NCBI GenBank assembly: GCA_033763315.1
Contig: JANRKS010000019.1
Location: 384,001 to 448,000, forward strand
Source of the DNA: Deltaproteobacteria bacterium
Lineage (GTDB): Bacteria; Myxococcota_A; Polyangia; Fen-1088
Length of the DNA stretch: 64,000 bases
Reading direction: 5' to 3'
Part shown: positions 58,456 through 64,000 of the stretch, piece by piece
Layout of the letters: each line of letters opens with the position of its first letter
Position numbering within the stretch: the first letter of the stretch is position 1
The notes under the pieces: generated by a model
Databases searched by the model: none
Told to the model about the DNA's origin: nothing
Seen by the model: only the letters and a program-made list of their open reading frames with translations
Translations under genes and position numbers: made by a program

Positions 58456-60714
58456 ATGGACCAATCTTTTGATGCCAGAGGGTGGCTGGGGTCGCTAGCC
58501 GGCGAAACCCGCGACGTTTACGCCAAGAACCGGCGGGTCATGTCGTTCGGCGAATATCTGGCGCTGTTTGGGGAAAATCCCAAACAACAATCCAGGTCTG
58601 CGGCCGAATACCTGCGCGACGTGTTCGACCATTTCGGACACGAAGCGGTCAACACGCCCCGGGGCGAGATGAAGCGCTTCAAACTGTTCGATTGCCCCTG
58701 GGATGGCGGGCGCGATCGGTTGATGGGCCAAGAAGAGGTGCAAGATCTCGTTTATCGCCTGCTCTCAAATTTCGCGCGGGAAGGGCGCACCAACCGCCTG
58801 ATTCTGCTGCACGGACCAAACGGCAGCGCCAAATCAACCTTCATCGGCTGCGTGCAACGGGCGATGGAGCATTATGCGTCTCTCGACGAGGGCGCCGTCT
58901 ATCGCTTTAACTGGATCTTCCCAGTGCAAAAGCTTGTGAAGGGCGGCATCGGCTTTGGTGACCGCGGGCCCGAACCAACGCCGGTGAGCGATTCATACGC
59001 CTACCTCGACGATGATCTAATCGAGGCAAAATTGGTGGATGAACTCAAAGACCACCCCCTGCTGCTGATCCCACGGGATAAGCGCAAGCTGTTGCTCGAT
59101 GACGTTTTGGCGGGTCCTTTGCGTGAAGGGTTTCGGCCGGCGCGTTTGCTGGCCGATGGCGATCTGAACCCGCGCAACCGGATGATCTTTGAGGCCTTGC
59201 TCAATTCTTACCGGGGCGATCTCGGCCGGGTTTTGCGGCATGTGCAAGTGGAGCGCTTTTTTATCTCGCGCCGCTACCGCGTGGGCGTGGCCACCGTGGG
59301 GCCGCAGCTGGCTGTGGACGCTTCGGCCCGCCAATTGACGGTGGGCAAGAACTTGGCCGGCTTGCCGCCGGCAGTGAGCGCTTTGCCGCTGTTCGAATAC
59401 CAAGGCGAACTGGTGGATGCGAACCGCGGTGTGGTGGAGTTTGCGGATCTGCTGAAACGCCCGCTGGACGCCTTCAAATACCTGCTTGGCACCGTGGAAG
59501 ACGGGCATGTATCGCTGGACGCCGCCAACCTGCAGGTGGATACCGTGTTCCTGGCGTCTTCAAATGAAGGTTATCTTTCGGCCTTCAAGGAAATTCCTGA
59601 GTTCCAATCCTTTAAAGGCCGCATGGAGCTTGTCCGCGCGCCTTATCTGCTCGACTACAAAATCGAAGAGCAGATCTATCAAGAGCATCTGACCAATGCG
59701 GTGGGCGGCGGCACGCGACACGTGGCGCCGCACGTGGCGTGGGTTGCGGCCTTGTGGGCCGTGCTCACGCGCATGCGTAAGCCGATGACCGAAAAGTACG
59801 GCAAGGCCACCGCGGACCTTGTGGGGCGGCTATCGCCCATCGAAAAGGCCACCTTGTATGCGGGCGACGATCTTCCCGAAGGGTTCACGAGTGATCAGAT
59901 CCGCGATCTAAATGCCGAGCGGGAAAAAGTGGCGCGCGAATCCGACAGCTACCCCAACTACGAGGGCCGCTCAGGGGCGTCGCCGCGCGAGATGAAGCTG
60001 GCAATCATGAACGCCGGCCAAAGCACGCGGTTTTCGTGCTTCTCGCCTTTTGCAGTTCTGGATGAATTGGAGGAACTGGTCAAAGCGGTATCGGTTTACG
60101 ATTTTCTTAAGCAGGAGCCGGTTTCAGGGGGCTACCACGAACACCGCAAGTTCGTGTTTCAGGTGCGCGAAAAACTGATTGATCGGATCGATCATGAGGT
60201 GCGCGTATCGATGGGGTTGGTGGAGGAGCAGCGGTATCTGGATCAGTTCAGCCGCTACATCTCGCAGGTGTCTTCGTGGATCAAGGGCGAGAAGGTTTAC
60301 AACCCGATCACGCGCAAAGAAGAGCCCGCCAGCGAAGAGTTCATGTCTGAGATTGAAAAGCATCTTGACGTGGGCACGGGCAGCAAGCGCGAAGAATGGC
60401 GGCGCGACATCATCTCCCGCATTGGTGCATGGTCGGTGGATCACCCCAACCGCCGGCCCGATCTCGAGACGCTGTTCCCTCGTCACATTCAGAGCCTGCG
60501 CGAGGCGTTCTTTAATGAAAACAAAAAGCGCATCCGCAAACTGAACGAAAGCCTGTTGCGCTACCTCACCGAAGGCGAATCGGCACTGGACAAGGACGCC
60601 CTTGAAGACGCCAAGCAAACGCTCAGCGTGCTCAAGAGCCGCTTCGGCTATTGCCAAGACTGCGCCAAAGATTCGATCGTGATGCTGGTGAAGAAGCGCT
60701 ATAGCGGCAGCTGA
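58456..60714 (+). CDS. prkA: PrkA/YeaG-family AAA+ serine kinase
   Basis: LHGPNGSAKST, GEL..ANRG..EF.DLLK, YEGRSGASPRE. Confidence 0.88.
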   Translation: MDQSFDARGWLGSLAGETRDVYAKNRRVMSFGEYLALFGENPKQQSRSAAEYLRDVFDHFGHEAVNTPRGEMKRFKLFDCPWDGGRDRLMGQEEVQDLVYRLLSNFAREGRTNRLILLHGPNGSAKSTFIGCVQRAMEHYASLDEGAVYRFNWIFPVQKLVKGGIGFGDRGPEPTPVSDSYAYLDDDLIEAKLVDELKDHPLLLIPRDKRKLLLDDVLAGPLREGFRPARLLADGDLNPRNRMIFEALLNSYRGDLGRVLRHVQVERFFISRRYRVGVATVGPQLAVDASARQLTVGKNLAGLPPAVSALPLFEYQGELVDANRGVVEFADLLKRPLDAFKYLLGTVEDGHVSLDAANLQVDTVFLASSNEGYLSAFKEIPEFQSFKGRMELVRAPYLLDYKIEEQIYQEHLTNAVGGGTRHVAPHVAWVAALWAVLTRMRKPMTEKYGKATADLVGRLSPIEKATLYAGDDLPEGFTSDQIRDLNAEREKVARESDSYPNYEGRSGASPREMKLAIMNAGQSTRFSCFSPFAVLDELEELVKAVSVYDFLKQEPVSGGYHEHRKFVFQVREKLIDRIDHEVRVSMGLVEEQRYLDQFSRYISQVSSWIKGEKVYNPITRKEEPASEEFMSEIEKHLDVGTGSKREEWRRDIISRIGAWSVDHPNRRPDLETLFPRHIQSLREAFFNENKKRIRKLNESLLRYLTEGESALDKDALEDAKQTLSVLKSRFGYCQDCAKDSIVMLVKKRYSGS

Positions 60715-60717
60715 CCT

Positions 60718-61941
60718 TTATCGATGGCGCGCGGCCACCCGCTCAATGCGTTCGAGCAATGAGCGGGCGTTGGGCGTCTTCGTGAACACGTAAAGAGCGG
60801 CGGCCGTTTCGTCCCCCAAGACGTCCTCGGACACGCGCAGCGCTTTGCTTACGCCAAACACCACCGAAAACGGCAGGCCGGCTTCGCAAAGCTCCACGCG
60901 CTTCCACACAGCCGCGCGGCTCCAGTATCCCAGGAGTTCAAAAAACACCGTATGACCGGTGTTCACGTGGGTGAATTCGAGATCCGGGACGCACAACCCT
61001 GCGCCTGGAAGATCCAGCACACGCGCGCTTGCCGCCGCCGTCCAATCGCATTGCAGCGCCGGCCATCGTTGCAAGATCACACTGACGGGCTCGGCCATGG
61101 TTGTGCCGCTTTCGTCACAGGGGCGGCTTTGGCCCTTTTGTCGAAAGCGCAATGGCTTGCGCTCACGTCCCCATAAAACGTCGGCGGTGAGGCTCCACGC
61201 ATCGCACGCCATGATCGAGGGCAGCGCCAACGCCAACTTCAGGCCATAGCGGGTGCCTGCATCGAACATCGAGAAGGGCCCATCAAGGGTGATCTCGTAG
61301 CCACCCGCCGGCACAGGTGTGAGGGTGAATAGCAGTTGATGAAACTTTAGTGTTCGAAACAGACCGCGGAACTGAGCCGGATCCTGGCACGCCACGCGCG
61401 CGACCACACGTGTGGCACGCAACAACACCGCTTGAATCTGGGCCAATTCGTATAGCTGCAACAACCGATCGGGCGGCGGCACCAGGGCTTGCTTCAGAAT
61501 GTGCGCCCCCGGCAAATCGCCATAAAGCGCGGCGTCGAGCAGGGCCGCTGGCTGGCCCAAAGGCTCCGCGGCCGCTTGCAACACGATTTGCCGGCTAAAC
61601 TCCTCTGGACGCGTCGCTTGCCGCCGCAGTTCGGCCGCGCGCGTGAACACATCGGCGCGCACTTGTTGCGAGTCGAGCGGCGTCTCTTCCTCGAACACGC
61701 ATCGGTCCAGCACGAGTTTAAAAATGCCGTCGGCCAGCTTTCGATCTTTGGCGCCCCACGATGGCGTCAAAGCCTTACAGGCCTCCATGAAACTCTGCCG
61801 ATCTTTGCCGACGAAGGCGCGTGCGAGCTCACCATAGGCTTCGGCCATCGCCTGCGCGGCAAGCCGCTGCCTTTCGTCGAGCGGCACCACAAGCAATTCG
61901 TCTGCACGGCGGCGCGTGTGAACGTGCTCAGCGGTAAGCAA
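60718..61941 (-). CDS. DUF790 / Bax1-like endonuclease
   Basis: YELAQIQAVL..A, LDGP.S......RYG, VPDL.F...FELLGYW. Confidence 0.85.
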   Translation of the reverse strand: MLTAEHVHTRRRADELLVVPLDERQRLAAQAMAEAYGELARAFVGKDRQSFMEACKALTPSWGAKDRKLADGIFKLVLDRCVFEEETPLDSQQVRADVFTRAAELRRQATRPEEFSRQIVLQAAAEPLGQPAALLDAALYGDLPGAHILKQALVPPPDRLLQLYELAQIQAVLLRATRVVARVACQDPAQFRGLFRTLKFHQLLFTLTPVPAGGYEITLDGPFSMFDAGTRYGLKLALALPSIMACDAWSLTADVLWGRERKPLRFRQKGQSRPCDESGTTMAEPVSVILQRWPALQCDWTAAASARVLDLPGAGLCVPDLEFTHVNTGHTVFFELLGYWSRAAVWKRVELCEAGLPFSVVFGVSKALRVSEDVLGDETAAALYVFTKTPNARSLLERIERVAARHR

Positions 61942-63304
61942 CGTGATCCCTTCGCCGCGAGCTGGTGCTGGCCTCAGAGGTATCACCTGTCACAAGTTCA
62001 TAAAGCAAGGCACGTTTTCCCGCGGATTTTCGCAGCACGCGCCCCAAGCGTTGCACGTGTTCGCGCACGGAGCCGCTGCCTGAAAGGACGATCGCCACGT
62101 TGGCCGCGGGTATATCCACGCCTTCGTTGAGCACCTTGGAGGTGACCAAGACGCTGTAGTGGCCTTCGGCAAACTTCTGCAGCGATAAAGTGCGTTCTTT
62201 GACCTTCGTGTGATGCGTGATGGCTGGCACCAAGAAAGTGCGCGACACCTGGTAGCATGTGGCGTTGTCTTGCGTAAAAATCAGCACGCGATCATGGCGA
62301 TGCTGAAACAACAGACGTTGCAGGTAATCAAGTTTCGCAGGCGCGGTGAAGGCCAGCTCTCGCTGCCGCTGGTACGCCTTCATGGCCCGCCTGCCTGCCT
62401 CGCTGCGTGACGCACGAATGATGAACTGCGACCAGCCATCGGGTTTCGCCATCGCGATGCCTTGCTCGCGCAGGAAGCCCACGTAAATCGAACGGGCTTC
62501 GTCATACTGAGCCCGCTCCTCGGCGGATAGATCAACGGCCACGCGAACCGTTTCGTATTCGGCCAGGTAGTCGCCCGACAACTCGACGATGTCTTTGCGA
62601 TACACAATGGGACCGACCAGCGACGCCGAATCGCTTTCCCGTCCGTCGGTGCGTTCAGGCGTGGCCGTCAAACCCAAGCGAAAGGGGGCCAAGGAAAACC
62701 GTGCGGCCAAGGCATAAGAGGCCCCCGGCAAATGGTGGCATTCATCAAACACCAACAGTCCGAAACGCGCGCCCAGATGCTCCATGTGCAAATAGGCCGA
62801 GTCGTACGTGCTAACCGTGATCGGCTGCACGTCATAATCGCCGCCACCGATCACGCCGATGGGTCCACCGAAAGCATCGGTCAACTGGGTGTGCCATTGC
62901 CGAACGAGATCTAAAGTGGGCGCCACCACCAAAGTGCTGCGGCGGCGATCATCGATCGCCATCAGTGCCACCTGTGTCTTGCCTGCGCCCGTGGGTAGCA
63001 CCACCACGCCGCGCCCGTGCGCCTTTTTCCATGCCGCCAAGGCCTCCGCTTGATACGGGCGTGGCTCGCGGTGCACGCGCGCCCCCTCCGCCAACGTTGC
63101 ATAGGCGCGGGCCGCATCATTGTAAGCCACGCGGTTCGCAATCAGGTACCGAACCGCATCGGCGTATTGGCACGCAGGTGCACGGTGGCAGGCCGTCCGT
63201 TCATCGAACACGAAACCAGCGGGAACGTGCAGCTCACCCGCGGGCCAGTGGCGCAGTTCCAATGTGCCGCCGGCAAAGCGTATGTCTACGGTCGAAGCTT
63301 GCAT
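61928..63304 (-). CDS. XPB/Rad25-like SF2 helicase
   Basis: LPTGAGKT, DECHH, LTATPERTDG, NEGVD.P, QRLGR.LR. Confidence 0.9.
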   Translation of the reverse strand: MQASTVDIRFAGGTLELRHWPAGELHVPAGFVFDERTACHRAPACQYADAVRYLIANRVAYNDAARAYATLAEGARVHREPRPYQAEALAAWKKAHGRGVVVLPTGAGKTQVALMAIDDRRRSTLVVAPTLDLVRQWHTQLTDAFGGPIGVIGGGDYDVQPITVSTYDSAYLHMEHLGARFGLLVFDECHHLPGASYALAARFSLAPFRLGLTATPERTDGRESDSASLVGPIVYRKDIVELSGDYLAEYETVRVAVDLSAEERAQYDEARSIYVGFLREQGIAMAKPDGWSQFIIRASRSEAGRRAMKAYQRQRELAFTAPAKLDYLQRLLFQHRHDRVLIFTQDNATCYQVSRTFLVPAITHHTKVKERTLSLQKFAEGHYSVLVTSKVLNEGVDIPAANVAIVLSGSGSVREHVQRLGRVLRKSAGKRALLYELVTGDTSEASTSSRRRDHVAYR

Positions 63305-63361
63305 CGTTTTGCGGCGACGGATGATAGCGCACTTGTTAAAGTGGCGAGCCGCTGGTTCCTC

Positions 63362-64000
63362 ATGCCTCGCAAAGCTACGTCCGCACAGCTTGAAATCATT
63401 CGTGCCGCTTTGGCTTTGGCCAGCAAGCGACCCTTTGCGCATTTGCTTTACGTCGGGGATTTGCCGCTGCCCGAAGAACCCTTTCGCGGCCGTTCGCAGG
63501 TGCGAAAGAAGTTGGTGCAAGCCATCGTCAGCCCCGCGCAACGGCAAGTGGTGGAGGCCATGGGCATCCCCGTTCTGCCGTTGCCTAAGTATGATCTGGG
63601 CCGTAGCGAGAAACTGAAGATCGCCATCGTTACCGGCATTGCGCGGGGCCTTTACTCTGAGGGCGAAAGCGTGGTGGCACTTTTGTCTCGCAAGCCGGCT
63701 TCGTTGCCCGATTCCATTTTGGTGGTGACGGTGGGGGGCGAGGGCGAAGAGGGTGGCTTCTCGTTCTTGCACGACGAATCCATTCCCCCCGAGGTGCTTG
63801 AGGCGGTGATCGATCTTGCCGTTACCACCGGCGTGGAAGGGTGGGAGGGGCGACCGTTGGGCGCGCTGTTCGTGATCGGCGACTCAAACAGCGCCATGGA
63901 GAACTCCCGTCAGATGTCGCTAAACCCGTTTCGGGGCTATTCGGAAGACGAACGCAATCTGCTGAACCCCGACGTGCAACGCTCGCTGCGCGCGTTTGCC
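63362..64000 (+). CDS. DisA_N/DacZ-like diadenylate cyclase (3' truncated by the window)
   Basis: Hand translation: MPRKATSAQLE...VLEAVIDLAV..G.EG.EGRPLGALFVIGD...SRQMSLNPFRGY...FA; the catalytic DGA would lie just past the edge. Confidence 0.75.
   Translation, partial: MPRKATSAQLEIIRAALALASKRPFAHLLYVGDLPLPEEPFRGRSQVRKKLVQAIVSPAQRQVVEAMGIPVLPLPKYDLGRSEKLKIAIVTGIARGLYSEGESVVALLSRKPASLPDSILVVTVGGEGEEGGFSFLHDESIPPEVLEAVIDLAVTTGVEGWEGRPLGALFVIGDSNSAMENSRQMSLNPFRGYSEDERNLLNPDVQRSLRAFA

Overview
GC-rich bacterial chromosomal segment, gene content typical of Myxococcota (inference from DUF6178, DUF1552/DUF1592, PilZ, FHA/Pkn/PP2C and Cys-rich lipoprotein genes). It is mostly core genome: a Gld-type ABC transporter, 4 tRNAs, a DTW tRNA modifier, dinB, hslO, era-der, yfgM/bamB-like genes, queA-tgt, lepA-lepB, tyrA, prkA, an XPB-DUF790 pair and a truncated DisA_N/DacZ-like gene. 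I see no transposase, integrase, rRNA or CRISPR array. The most unusual region is 36.9-46.4 kb. It holds a Zn-ribbon FHA-FHA/PP2C/Ser-Thr kinase operon, a secreted protein with an apparently degenerate Zn-PLC/P1-nuclease motif set, and a coupled three-gene unit: degenerate Flp-pilin-like peptide, FHA + catalytically dead CpaF/TadA-like ATPase, and SMI1/KNR4-TPR protein. All family calls are by eye from motifs; no searches were run.
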